This document shows, piece by piece, positions 1-10,129 of a stretch of 64,000 nucleotides of DNA (within the stretch, counting starts at the first letter, position 1; every line of letters begins with the position of its first letter). The stretch spans positions 23,947 through 87,946 of the forward strand of contig JARIGS010000010.1 in the NCBI GenBank assembly GCA_029288725.1. The letters are read 5' to 3'. Origin of the DNA: Candidatus Nomurabacteria bacterium (GTDB lineage: Bacteria > Patescibacteriota > Minisyncoccia > Phycocordibacterales > UBA9973). The notes beneath the pieces were generated by a model that worked only from the letters and a program-made list of their open reading frames with translations, made no database searches and was not told the DNA's origin. The translations under genes and the position numbers were made by a program.

Positions 1-934
1 AATTTCTTTCGGGAAATACTGAGAGTTTATCCTTTAATATGCAGATCTGCTCATTGTATTTTTTTATATAAGACTCTACATCTTTTGTTCTAACCACAAA
101 AATGCCTTTGTGTTTAATAGGAGTACGACATTCTTTGCATTCGCATGGCTCTGCTTTAATAAAATCGGGGTAAAGTTTAGAAGAAAAGTCGCATATCTCT
201 ATATTATTTCTATGAGAAAATTTTAAGGTTGTCTCATCAATATCAACATTATATTTTTTACACTTATCATGTATATACCCCTTTATATTACCGTCGATGT
301 ATCTCGAATTAATTTTTTCATAATGAGTGGTATAGGTGGTTTGTCTAGGATCTCCTACTAAAATGATGTTGCTCTTTGATTTAAATAAAAGCTGAATAAA
401 TTCTAAATCACTACCAGCTAGATCTTGTACTTCATCAATAAAAACTGAATTGTACACATCTTCAATTCTACTTAGTACAGAGCCCTCACTAAGATTGTCT
501 GCTTTTACAACAAATTTTGATATAACATTTTGAATTATCTTATTACCTAAGAAGTAATGATTTAAGACATCTTCTTCTTTGATATATATATTATCTTTAA
601 TCTTTTTCTCTTCTACATATTTTCTATATTCCGAATCCGGAAAGAAACCAATCTTTTTATATCTTAGACTATCGTTCATTACAGCTTTATATGGTCTGAC
701 GCCATTCTTCAACAAGAAAGTAAACCACTCTTCAACTAAAATATTTTCGGGTATGGAGTATGAACCGTTTTCTTTTTTATTTTTTTCTCTAATCTTTTTC
801 CTTATTTCCTCAGCATTAGACCTTGTGTAAGTTGTAATTAGAACTTTTTTATCTTTGAGTAAAAATGCTTGGCTTACTAGATAAGTCGTCTTCCCAGCAC
901 CAGCAGCGGCTATAACTAATGTATCTTTTGCCAT
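1..934 (-). CDS. gajB: UvrD-like SF1 helicase, Gabija GajB-like (runs off window start)
   Basis: Hand translation from ATG at 934: MAKDTLVIAAAGAGKTTYLV (Walker A), FIDEVQDLAG (Walker B), VGDPRQTTY, SHR; starts 3 nt after gajA stop. Missing from ORF track because truncated. Confidence 0.85.
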   Translation of the reverse strand, partial: MAKDTLVIAAAGAGKTTYLVSQAFLLKDKKVLITTYTRSNAEEIRKKIREKNKKENGSYSIPENILVEEWFTFLLKNGVRPYKAVMNDSLRYKKIGFFPDSEYRKYVEEKKIKDNIYIKEEDVLNHYFLGNKIIQNVISKFVVKADNLSEGSVLSRIEDVYNSVFIDEVQDLAGSDLEFIQLLFKSKSNIILVGDPRQTTYTTHYEKINSRYIDGNIKGYIHDKCKKYNVDIDETTLKFSHRNNIEICDFSSKLYPDFIKAEPCECKECRTPIKHKGIFVVRTKDVESYIKKYNEQICILKDKLSVFPERN

Positions 935-937
935 ATT

Positions 938-2554
938 TTATGAAACAAAATTAATTGCCTCAGTTATATATTTAGGATATACAATCTTTTCCTTTGTGGT
1001 AAAAATAGCTAGTGCACACTCAGTTTTATTTGCTCTCATATAGGACAACAGATCATCTGGTGTTTTCTTATCTGTTCCAAATATCTTATTTAAAATCTCA
1101 AGACTGTTATAAGCTAAAAGTAATGGCTCCAGTGTATTATTATTGTAATCTTCCATACTTCCTGTATATGGCGTATTTTCTTCAAAAAACACCTTGATAT
1201 CCTGTGTCTCTTTAGCCAACTCTTCCCTTAAAGTATTTCTGCTGTCTATATTGGAATCAACATCAATGACAAGAGCAATCTTCTTGTTCAGATGTTTTGC
1301 AATTTCTATGTATCTCTTATATGTATTATTAACAGAAATAACCTCAATTCCATTATTTATTGGCAATACTCCATCATGTGTATCCATATAAGCTCTTTGT
1401 ACAACAAGCTCATCAGCATCACCTTCAACTAAGATTGCTTTATTGCACAGTACAATTCTCAGGGTATCGTATCCTGGTAATTTTTTAAAAAAGTCTTTCA
1501 CGTCTTCTTTTAAGTCATTGAAGGCTACTGGTTCCTCATTGCCCAATAAAATTATATGATCAAGGCCCAATTTATTTGCTACGAAACTACTGTGCGAAGT
1601 AACCAAGATTTGCTTTCCTGTGCACTCATTCTCTATCTCGTTAATAAGAACATTCAGGTTAGTATGTGAGAGGTGGTTTTCTGGTTCTTCTATCAGTACA
1701 ACTGTTGAGCCCTGTGCTTTAGGTCCTGATACGGCAAAAATAGTTTTTATTATTGACTGTCTACCTTTACCAATATAACTAAAGGGTATTTTTTTGAAAT
1801 ATATTGAAAGATGCGCATCCCAAGAATTTTTAGCTGAAGGATCAACGGAAACCGTTATGTCTTTATCTTTTATACTATCCGACAACTTGTCATGCACTTG
1901 ATGTTTACTAAATTCATCCTTGAGCTTTCTATGGGCTTGAGCAGCAAGGAGTTTGTCACTTGAAGCAAGGTCTGACTTAATTTTTTTAGCAATCATTAGT
2001 TCTGAAGTGTCCTGGAAATTTGAACTAGTATCGACCATTACAGTTTTTATTGGAAGGGTTAATCTTACTTGTGAGTTGCCAGAAAATTGTGTTAATTCAA
2101 TATCGTAAAGTTCTAAAGGTAATGACTCTAGTAGGCTTGGATTATTTAAGAGCTCGGTGTAATTACTCCTACACTCTTCATCCATGGCAATCTGAAAATA
2201 AAATCCTTTTGCGGTTTTTGACAACAGGTAATTATTCGAACCCTTTAGGTTATCGGGGGCGTCGTCTGATAAAAAAACCTCAATCCTTATTATTGGTGGA
2301 TCAATCTTTTCTCCATCCTTAACCTTTGTTAAATATTCATTAACAATATCGGTATTGAAAAGAAACTGGTTAATTTTTTCCTTAGTTAAATAAATACCGT
2401 TAATGTAACCTGACAAAACGAGATTGACTGCCTCTAATACTGTTGTCTTTTTGGTTTCATTATCTCCGACAATAATATTAATACCGGAGTTCATATTAAG
2501 GTCTAGACTTTTATATCCCTTAAAGTTTTCAATATGGATCTTTGAAATATGCAT
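938..2554 (-). CDS. gajA: OLD-family ABC-ATPase + TOPRIM nuclease, Gabija GajA-like
   Basis: IENFKG, Walker A variant GDNETKKTT, IEEPENHL, TSHS, TOPRIM VEGDADE and DVD; adjacent to UvrD helicase. Confidence 0.85.
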   Translation of the reverse strand: MHISKIHIENFKGYKSLDLNMNSGINIIVGDNETKKTTVLEAVNLVLSGYINGIYLTKEKINQFLFNTDIVNEYLTKVKDGEKIDPPIIRIEVFLSDDAPDNLKGSNNYLLSKTAKGFYFQIAMDEECRSNYTELLNNPSLLESLPLELYDIELTQFSGNSQVRLTLPIKTVMVDTSSNFQDTSELMIAKKIKSDLASSDKLLAAQAHRKLKDEFSKHQVHDKLSDSIKDKDITVSVDPSAKNSWDAHLSIYFKKIPFSYIGKGRQSIIKTIFAVSGPKAQGSTVVLIEEPENHLSHTNLNVLINEIENECTGKQILVTSHSSFVANKLGLDHIILLGNEEPVAFNDLKEDVKDFFKKLPGYDTLRIVLCNKAILVEGDADELVVQRAYMDTHDGVLPINNGIEVISVNNTYKRYIEIAKHLNKKIALVIDVDSNIDSRNTLREELAKETQDIKVFFEENTPYTGSMEDYNNNTLEPLLLAYNSLEILNKIFGTDKKTPDDLLSYMRANKTECALAIFTTKEKIVYPKYITEAINFVS

Positions 2555-2658
2555 GGCTGATTTGGGAATATTTAGCTGAAATCGTATACCTTATGGTATC
2601 ACAAGATCTTATGAATTGACGCTTTTGATTATTACAGGAAAATGGCTATATTAAGATA

Positions 2659-3360
2659 ATGATGATTGAGATAAGCAACAGGGTTTTTAAGACCAAAAAG
2701 AGTGCTGAGGAGTTTATTCAAGACATACTCTATAAATATCCCTTAAATCAAAGTTTGACCGGAGAGGATCTAGTTTTTGTATGTGGTATGCTTGAGCTTC
2801 ATCCTGATAAGGACGTGAAAATAGGGGTCGGGGTCAGCTCAATTATTATTGAGTCTGATACTGAATTCAATAAGACAAGACACTTTTCTGTAGTCAGAAC
2901 CGACGGTTCAATCGTCGATTTTAGTTTTAAGAAATGCTTGTCGCCAAACTTGAATGAGCCGATAAAATTGTTTCGCTCATGTGCTAGACGTGCCATTGCA
3001 AACCAGTGCTTGTCTTTCAGAGATGAATTCTTTCATAAAGAGCAGAACCTAGATACAAAAGTTCCATGTGCGATCACAGGGGTTTTGATTGATAAAAATA
3101 ATTGTCATGTTGATCACATCCACCCCGAAACATTCGATAAGATCATATTAGATTTTATTGCTGCAAATAATATTAATGTTTCCGAGATTAAATTCATCGA
3201 AGCTCAAAATGGCATAGGTAGAGTATTTGCAGATGATACTTTAAAGGATAGTTTTTCTAAATATCACAAAAGTGTTGCTAAACTACAGGTCGTATCGCCT
3301 GTGGCTAATTTAAAGCAGAAAAAAAGTAAAAACGTAGCATACAAAAACAGCTCAAAATGA
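2659..3360 (+). CDS. DUF3223 (DCL family) domain + HNH-like nuclease, copy 1
   Basis: LELHPDKDVKIGVGV...FSVVRTDGSIVDFSFKKCL is DUF3223-like; C-terminal CAITG...HVDH...LQVVSPVAN is HNH-like. Confidence 0.7.
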   Translation: MMIEISNRVFKTKKSAEEFIQDILYKYPLNQSLTGEDLVFVCGMLELHPDKDVKIGVGVSSIIIESDTEFNKTRHFSVVRTDGSIVDFSFKKCLSPNLNEPIKLFRSCARRAIANQCLSFRDEFFHKEQNLDTKVPCAITGVLIDKNNCHVDHIHPETFDKIILDFIAANNINVSEIKFIEAQNGIGRVFADDTLKDSFSKYHKSVAKLQVVSPVANLKQKKSKNVAYKNSSK

Positions 3361-3370
3361 GCTGTTTTTG
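3342..3370 (+). terminator. intrinsic terminator-like hairpin
   Basis: CAAAAACAGCTC-AAAAT-GAGCTGTTTTTG over the stop of 2659..3360. Confidence 0.6.
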
Positions 3371-3400
3371 TATGCTACTCGTGCTAGCACGAGACGGTGA
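3369..3400. repeat. att-like direct repeat, left copy
   Basis: TGTATGCTACTCGTGCTAGCACGAGACGGTGA matches 16516-16547 at 30/32; contains palindrome CTCGTGCTAGCACGAG. Confidence 0.8.
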
Positions 3401-3776
3401 GCCTTCTCGAGATAGAACCTTTCGGTTCATTGCCCCATAAGCTCCGTTTTTAATACTTTGATAAAAAATACCGACCCTTCTCGTGCGTAGCAAAATAGTG
3501 ACAAAAGTGACACAGGGTCGAGTATAAAGTGACAGTCGTGTGTCCTTATTTCATAAGAGAGTGAGACATCCTGAGACAGGGAAAAACATTTTTCAATTCA
3601 TGAAGAACTTGATCCTATTCTTGAACTTATAGCTAATGAGCAGCGAAAAATTGAAGGGATGCGGGAGTAAACTTGAAAAAATTTCACACAAACCGACCTA
3701 TACGATAGGCGGTTTTTTTGATATAAAAAAGCCTAAACAGTTTTACTGTTTAGGCCTTGGATATTAGTTTAATGGC

Positions 3777-4019
3777 TCACCCGATCTTTTTCTTCATCGA
3801 ATGGCCGGTGTTTGTTGTAGCATTGTTTCCCGAAATTTGAGCGATTGTTATAGCGCTCCATTTATAAAACTCATCGAGCGAGCCGATAAGTTCAGGGTTT
3901 TGTTGCAACAATGCTGCAATGTTGTCTTCATGCTGGTCAGCATAGACTGCGATTTTTTGAGCTCCTTCAGAAAGTTTTTTGAATCCTTCCTCGTCAGCCC
4001 AGTTTCTGTCCTTTTTCAT
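3777..4019 (-). CDS. hypothetical protein
   Basis: 80-aa ORF just downstream of 4035..5657, followed by hairpin at about 3730-3755. Confidence 0.55.
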   Translation of the reverse strand: MKKDRNWADEEGFKKLSEGAQKIAVYADQHEDNIAALLQQNPELIGSLDEFYKWSAITIAQISGNNATTNTGHSMKKKIG

Positions 4020-4034
4020 AACGTTTGAATTTGT

Positions 4035-5657
4035 TTAAAGAAATCTTTTGGAAAGCCTGTGTTTGGATGGGAGCTTGCGGATTGCTTCCGCAGCCGCCTG
4101 TGCAAGCTCTGGATCATCTTTTTCTGGAACCATAGCGTTGTGAAGCGTGGTTTGACAGAAACAATAATCCAAAATGAAAGAGCTGCTACCTGCAACACGG
4201 TGATCTATTGCTAAAGAATTTAAAGCAGCTATTGCGACATGGTGATAGTTATCCGCTCCAAAGTGAGCCTCTGAGTGAGTGATGATGCCGGTATCGTTCC
4301 AGTGGTCATTGATAGTATCTAACGCTAGACAATGATAGTACGTGTACAGGCAGTCTTTCTTCTTTTGCAGAAAATGCTCAGGGTCATTCAAAACATCATT
4401 CAGCAAGCTATTGCTCGGCCCAAGTAACATGTCGGATGCGGTGTTGATCTTAAAAATTTTATCAATACCTGAAGGAAACTTCTCGCCTGATCCTTCTTCA
4501 AAAAGAAGATCAAACTCACCGCTATCTACAAAGGCTTCAACGATCTTTACCAGGTCTGTAATTGGCTGTAAAAGAACTTCCATCTTTTTAGAGCGAACCA
4601 TATAACCATTAAATATATCAGTAATATGCTGAACGCCCTGCTCAAGCTGCAATGGGGCACTCCCTATCACGCTCAACCCTGGCAACACATCTCTGTATTT
4701 GGAAATTTTTCGAACAATTTCCTCCATATCCCATTCTTGCGAAAGGATACCCCAGTTGAGTGAATTGGAATCAATAATTACCCATCTTCCGTCCCTCACC
4801 TGTATGACAGGGCAAACGTGAAATGAGTGCATCATATCATCCAGATCTCCAATCCTTATTCCTGCTTCAAGGCTATCCATAAACTCTGGATCAGGAAATG
4901 TGATGGAGCGTGCTTCAATGTCTTTTTTAATTTCAGAAGCTTTCTTTTGCCTGAGATCATCCAAAACATCCCGAGCAGTTTTGTTAGGAAGCATGACTAC
5001 CGTTTTAGCTCCTACCATCTCTGCAAATGCCAGTATCATTTGTGTTTTGCCCTGACAGTTTGCACGGTTGTCACTTTTGTTCCATTTCCCATACCCTAGG
5101 GGAAAAACGCTATCGAAGCCGTATCGGCTATTTCTTATTTCGATCTTACGTCTAAATTCAGCAAAAAGCTCTTTAGACGATATGGTCGTTTTTTCGCGTT
5201 GATCCTCGGTATGGAACAGATAGTACAGTTTTTTCGTAAGCTCAACCTGTTCGTCGGCGGTTGCAGATTTCCATTCTTTGGCAATCTGTTTTGCCTCGTC
5301 TGGCAAATTTTTCTTTGCAGCAGTAACGAGAGCCTTTCCTAACCCTCCGATCATTGCCCTCATCTCAATCCCATGACCATATTTAGAATGGGTATTAGAA
5401 GATTCAATAAGTGCCTGTTTTTCAGGATAAGAGTTTAGCAGCACACCAGATACTAAGTGCCCGGCTCGCAGCATTTTACCTTCATCGGTATGCTCAGGGT
5501 ATTTCTCAAAAAGCAGTTTCTGGTTTTTGAGCAAAGAAGTGTAGATTTTTGACCTCTTGAATGAGGTAAGATTTACTCCACACCCTTGTGTGAGCGCAAA
5601 ATCAAATAGTTCTTTAATATTCATGTTAATGTGCTTTTGGTTAAAATTTTTACTCAT
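4035..5657 (-). CDS. hypothetical protein with possible transglutaminase-like Cys-His-Asp triad
   Basis: 540-aa ORF; ANCQGK...FHVCPVI...RWVIIDS spacing. Confidence 0.5.
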   Translation of the reverse strand: MSKNFNQKHINMNIKELFDFALTQGCGVNLTSFKRSKIYTSLLKNQKLLFEKYPEHTDEGKMLRAGHLVSGVLLNSYPEKQALIESSNTHSKYGHGIEMRAMIGGLGKALVTAAKKNLPDEAKQIAKEWKSATADEQVELTKKLYYLFHTEDQREKTTISSKELFAEFRRKIEIRNSRYGFDSVFPLGYGKWNKSDNRANCQGKTQMILAFAEMVGAKTVVMLPNKTARDVLDDLRQKKASEIKKDIEARSITFPDPEFMDSLEAGIRIGDLDDMMHSFHVCPVIQVRDGRWVIIDSNSLNWGILSQEWDMEEIVRKISKYRDVLPGLSVIGSAPLQLEQGVQHITDIFNGYMVRSKKMEVLLQPITDLVKIVEAFVDSGEFDLLFEEGSGEKFPSGIDKIFKINTASDMLLGPSNSLLNDVLNDPEHFLQKKKDCLYTYYHCLALDTINDHWNDTGIITHSEAHFGADNYHHVAIAALNSLAIDHRVAGSSSFILDYCFCQTTLHNAMVPEKDDPELAQAAAEAIRKLPSKHRLSKRFL

Positions 5658-5873
5658 ATTACAATTAATATTTGACTATGTCAATATCATTATACAAAGC
5701 AACCAAAGGGTATTTACATTAACGCGGCTACAAAAAAAATGGCACCGCTCGGGATGAGGGTGCCATTTTACTTTTAGTTAATTTCGCCAGTTCACGACTA
5801 GCCTGGAACTTTTTTATTGACACATTGCTTATTAATGATATGGTATTTACATCGTTCATTTAAACAACCCAAT

Positions 5874-6326
5874 ATGAAAAAGCACTTACTGTTCGCCCTT
5901 ATTACCGCTTTCGTTATCACTGCCGTATACAGCATTGTTACCCATGGCTTCATGGTCAGTCACCACATGCTGGTACGACCCACTGATCCCGATTACAAGA
6001 AAGCGGAATGGTCCATGCTGATCCTCGTATTCGCATCGGCACCATTCGTCATGGTCATGGACTTCCTGACCTTGGTAGAAGTTACCAGAGGAAGTACGGA
6101 AAAATGGATATTGAATAAATACCATTATGATGTTACCAACCCGCTCAAGATGAGATTCATGCTTTTCTTGGCACGGTATCAATTTTTCCTGTACCTGATC
6201 ATGATCATACCACTACTGTACACGCTGATCAGCGGCTTCTGCAGCTTCCTAAGCTTTCTGGCATTCATCTTTGAACGGCCGATCGACTGGATTCGCTGGC
6301 AATGTTTCTGCATTAGCCTCTGGTAA
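5874..6326 (+). CDS. hypothetical membrane protein
   Basis: Several hydrophobic segments; ATG 5874 downstream of TTGACA(5817)-N17-TATGGT. Confidence 0.6.
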   Translation: MKKHLLFALITAFVITAVYSIVTHGFMVSHHMLVRPTDPDYKKAEWSMLILVFASAPFVMVMDFLTLVEVTRGSTEKWILNKYHYDVTNPLKMRFMLFLARYQFFLYLIMIIPLLYTLISGFCSFLSFLAFIFERPIDWIRWQCFCISLW

Positions 6327-6404
6327 ATTGGCCACACACATTTTTACAAATCGCTCCTCGGAGCGGTTTTTTCATTTTACCATTGATCTTGCTATGATTA
6401 TGGA

Positions 6405-6764
6405 ATGGAAAAACTCTACATCACTCGAATCACTCTGCACGTAAAGGGCTTTCGACCTACGACGACGTTTTCAAAGGTCAAAGAAAAGGGCATTTTATAC
6501 AGCGCGCTTTCTTCAGATTCGTTCAATAAGCCGATCACTGGCAATGACAATATCAGAAACTTGCGCATCGACTTGCCGGAAGATCTCATGGAGAAGGTGC
6601 GAGCAGGGACACTCGAAATAATGATCCCGAAGGAAGGCCTTCAGATCTATGCAGGCAGAGACACGATTGAAAAGGCTCAGCATGAAATGGACAAGGAGCG
6701 CAATATGTTGATTCACAAGAGCCGCGGCAAAACTTGGCGCGCCGATGATAAAGGTGTAAAATAG
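6405..6764 (+). CDS. hypothetical protein
   Basis: 119-aa ORF; TGCTATGAT -10-like box 6 nt before ATG. Confidence 0.6.
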   Translation: MEKLYITRITLHVKGFRPTTTFSKVKEKGILYSALSSDSFNKPITGNDNIRNLRIDLPEDLMEKVRAGTLEIMIPKEGLQIYAGRDTIEKAQHEMDKERNMLIHKSRGKTWRADDKGVK

Positions 6765-6915
6765 AACCACAACCGAATATTACAGGTGTTGCCCCGCACG
6801 ATAGTGCCATGCTCGCTTCGTAGAGAAAGCCCAGAAAATTAGGAATAGTTTTTTGAGTCTTCATCGCGAAGCGAGCTTTCTTGTTCTAATTACAAAAATT
6901 AAACAAGCAACTATC

Positions 6916-8193
6916 ATGAACAACATCATATGGCATACGGAAGTACGCCAAGTATCTAGTCTCCACTCATGGAGTGAAAACCCCCGCAAGCTCTCAAAAA
7001 GTGCGTTTGCAAAGTTAGTCGGGCGCATTCAGGAGCGCGGATTTCATTCAGTACTAGTGATTGATACCGATGACACCATCCTCTCTGGCAATCAGCGAAA
7101 GACCGCATTGGAGCATCTTAAGATTGAAGAAGTCACTGTATTGATACCAAACCGAAAGCTCTCAGAGGAAGAGCGGAAGAAGATCGCCCTTGAAAGCAAT
7201 CTTAACGATGGGGAATGGAATTACGAGATGCTCAAGTCCTTCGATATCGATCTTGTTACCGACATCGGCTTCGACATGTCCGAGCTTTCAAAGTTTTGGG
7301 ACAAGGATCTAGAAGTAACAGAAGAAGAATTCGACGAGGAAAAGGAAATTAAGAAGATAAAAGTTCCCGTAACTGAGTTCGGAGATCTCATTATCATGGG
7401 CGGTCATAAGCTGCTCTGCGGAGACTCGACTGATCCAGAAGCGGTAAAGAAACTGTTCGGAAACGACAAGGCGGCGGTCATCTACAGTGATGCAATTTTT
7501 AACATTGGCTTGAGCTATGACGGCGGCGTGGGCAACAAATCTAGTTACGGCGGTACGGTTGACGACAACAAGTCAGCTGAGGAATATAAAGAATTTATCA
7601 AGAAAACGATTGTGAATGCACTGTCTGTCTCAAAGGATGATGTTCACTGCTTCCAATGGTGCGATGAGGCCTGGATCTGGGTTTTTCAAACCATATACAA
7701 CGAGCTCGGTATCAAGAACCGACGAGTGAATGTATGGTTGAAGAACAACGCATCGCCCGTGGCCCAAGTGGCATTTAACAAGGCACTTGAATTCTGCGTC
7801 TATGGCACGAAGGGATCTCCATTTCTGTCTCCATTATACACCAATCTTAACGAGATCATGAATCCAGAACTCGGAACAGGAAACGATCTCTATGAGCAAG
7901 TGACAAATGTCTGGGCGCACAAGCGTCTGCCAAGCAATCAGCTCGAACATCCAACGAGCAAGCCGCCAGAACTTCACAAGAAGGCACTGCTCCGCTGTTC
8001 AAAGCCAGGAGACATCATCTTCGACTCCTTCTCGGGATCGGCGAGTACAATGATCTGCGCAGAACAGTTGAAACGAAAAGTATATTCCTTGGATATAGAA
8101 GGCGTCTTCTGTGACTTGGCCATTCGCCGTTACGAAAAGTTCACAGGAAAGAAAGCAGAAATAATCAAACACTTCTATGAAAAAGAATACTAA
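6916..8193 (+). CDS. ParB-like N-terminal domain + N4/N6 DNA methyltransferase (phage type)
   Basis: ENPRK...LSGNQR (ParB-like), HKLLCGDST, HPTSKP, DSFSGSAST; motif IV reads SDAIFN; start reassigned to ATG 6916. Confidence 0.85.
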   Translation: MNNIIWHTEVRQVSSLHSWSENPRKLSKSAFAKLVGRIQERGFHSVLVIDTDDTILSGNQRKTALEHLKIEEVTVLIPNRKLSEEERKKIALESNLNDGEWNYEMLKSFDIDLVTDIGFDMSELSKFWDKDLEVTEEEFDEEKEIKKIKVPVTEFGDLIIMGGHKLLCGDSTDPEAVKKLFGNDKAAVIYSDAIFNIGLSYDGGVGNKSSYGGTVDDNKSAEEYKEFIKKTIVNALSVSKDDVHCFQWCDEAWIWVFQTIYNELGIKNRRVNVWLKNNASPVAQVAFNKALEFCVYGTKGSPFLSPLYTNLNEIMNPELGTGNDLYEQVTNVWAHKRLPSNQLEHPTSKPPELHKKALLRCSKPGDIIFDSFSGSASTMICAEQLKRKVYSLDIEGVFCDLAIRRYEKFTGKKAEIIKHFYEKEY

Positions 8194-8593
8194 GAAGAAC
8201 GAGTTCATTGATCAGCTCCGCAAGATTCCCATTGTCTTGGTCGCCTGCGAAAAGACATCGATTGCTCGCAACACGGTATACCGTTGGCGCAAGGAGGATG
8301 AATCGTTCGCAACGGCTATGGATGACGCGTTGCTCGAAGGCGAAGCACTGATCAATGACATGAGCGAGAGTCAACTGCTTACCATGATCAAGGAAAAAAA
8401 CTGGTCGGCGATCAGCTTCTGGCTTCGTCATCGCAATCCGAAGTTCAGAGACAAGGTTGAGATAACTCATTCCACGAAGGATAAGGAGCTTACCAACGAA
8501 CAAAAGGCATTGATTGAAAAAGCGCTACAACTCACTACCTTCTCGCAAGACAAGGCACTTGAAATATTATCAGGCACTACAAATGAAAAATAA
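8177..8593 (+). CDS. HTH protein, probable terminase small subunit
   Basis: ACEKTSIARNTVYRWRKEDESF HTH; overlaps both MTase and TerL genes. Confidence 0.7.
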   Translation: MKKNTKKNEFIDQLRKIPIVLVACEKTSIARNTVYRWRKEDESFATAMDDALLEGEALINDMSESQLLTMIKEKNWSAISFWLRHRNPKFRDKVEITHSTKDKELTNEQKALIEKALQLTTFSQDKALEILSGTTNEK

Positions 8594-10109
8594 ATATATG
8601 AATATATTAAATAACAAGGAGCTGATCGAAACTATTATCAAGGATCGTGAGGTGCGCCGCGCACTGACCAAGGAGAGCCATGAGTATTTCTTCCCCGTAT
8701 ATTTTGGGGAGTATATAAAATATCCCAGTGCGCCCCTTCATACGGAAATGATCAAGATCACGGAAAACACTGACGAGCAGTTGTCGGTGGTGGTGGCATT
8801 TCGTGGTTCTGCAAAATCCACAATCTTCTCTTTGTCATATCCCATCTGGGCGATATTGGGAAAGCAACAAAAGAAGTTCGTGCTCATAGTGTCCCAGACA
8901 CAGGTGCAGGCTCGGCAACTCCTCACCAACATCAAAGAAGAGTTGACGAACAATCACCTGCTGAAGAGCGACCTCGGACCATTTGAAGAGCCAGACGACG
9001 AATGGCGTGCGGCTTCCATTGTGCTTCCGCAGTACGGTGCCCGTATCATGGTCGCATCAAGCGAGCAAAGCATTCGTGGCATACGCCATAAAAGCTATCG
9101 TCCAGATCTCATCATTCTCGACGACATCGAGGACATTGCCTCCTCCAAGACAAAAGAGGGTCGCGACAAGACGTTTCGATGGCTTGCAAGCGAGGTGCTT
9201 CCTGCGGGAGATGTCACAACGAAAGTCATTCTTATTGGAAACCTTGTTCATGAGGATTCAGTCATCATGCGTCTTCGGCAAAAGATTAAGCTTAAGGAAA
9301 TCAAAGGAAGCTTCTCTATGTATCCGATCATGGATGAGCAGGGAGTGAGCTTGTGGCCCGGGAAATTCCCGACACCAGAATCGTTGAAAAACGAGGAGAC
9401 GAAAGTGCTCAATCCGCAGGCATGGTTTCGCGAGTATCTGCTTAAAATCATTCCCGAGGAAGGACAGGTAGTCTTTCCAGAATGGTTTCAATATTACGAC
9501 ACCTTGCCAACCAAACATCAGCGCGCCTACCGTTGCACGTATTCGGCGGTTGACTTGGCAATATCTCAGAAAGACAGTGCTGACTATACGACTGTTGTCA
9601 CGGCATATGTCTATGGGCGTGCGGACAAGATTCGCATATACATTCTGCCAAACCCAATCAACAAAAAGCTGTCATTTCCTGCACAAGTGGAAATGCTGAA
9701 AGGTCATGCAGCGATTGCTTTGCCGAATTCTTCCGACAAGCTTTTTGTTGAAAGCGTCGCATACCAAGACGCACTGCCGCAAATGCTCAAAACCCAAGGG
9801 GTGCATGCGATTGGCGTAAAGCCGCAAAATGACAAGCGCACACGCCTTGCACTGACGACTTCCTATATTCAATCGGGACGAGTGAAATTCCCCCAGAAAG
9901 GGTGCGAAGATCTCATTCAGCAACTGGTCGGTTTCGGTATTGAAAACCACGATGACCTTGCTGATGCATTTTCGTTGCTCATTCTGCAGATTGCGGAGCG
10001 ACATCTTAATGAGTCGACATGGATGATATGCTTCCTTGGTGGGTCAAGCTACGATAAGAACGGGACTATTTATTATGATGACTATATTGACGTGGAAACA
10101 GGAAAATAA
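8583..10109 (+). CDS. terL: phage terminase large subunit
   Basis: AFRGSAKST (Walker A), LIILDDIE (Walker B), AVDLAIS and HDDLADA (RNase H-like nuclease); start reassigned to ATG 8583. Confidence 0.9.
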   Translation: MKNKYMNILNNKELIETIIKDREVRRALTKESHEYFFPVYFGEYIKYPSAPLHTEMIKITENTDEQLSVVVAFRGSAKSTIFSLSYPIWAILGKQQKKFVLIVSQTQVQARQLLTNIKEELTNNHLLKSDLGPFEEPDDEWRAASIVLPQYGARIMVASSEQSIRGIRHKSYRPDLIILDDIEDIASSKTKEGRDKTFRWLASEVLPAGDVTTKVILIGNLVHEDSVIMRLRQKIKLKEIKGSFSMYPIMDEQGVSLWPGKFPTPESLKNEETKVLNPQAWFREYLLKIIPEEGQVVFPEWFQYYDTLPTKHQRAYRCTYSAVDLAISQKDSADYTTVVTAYVYGRADKIRIYILPNPINKKLSFPAQVEMLKGHAAIALPNSSDKLFVESVAYQDALPQMLKTQGVHAIGVKPQNDKRTRLALTTSYIQSGRVKFPQKGCEDLIQQLVGFGIENHDDLADAFSLLILQIAERHLNESTWMICFLGGSSYDKNGTIYYDDYIDVETGK

Positions 10110-10129
10110 TTCCGTTAATAATTGGCAAA

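Noticed and set aside
3393-3410. GACGGTGAGCCTTCTC resembles the tRNA-Glu anticodon arm in the opposite orientation
   Set aside because: Short, needs a gap, no cloverleaf; may be chance.
6916-10109. Complete prophage
   Set aside because: No portal, capsid, tail, lysis or replication genes recognisable between the att-like repeats.
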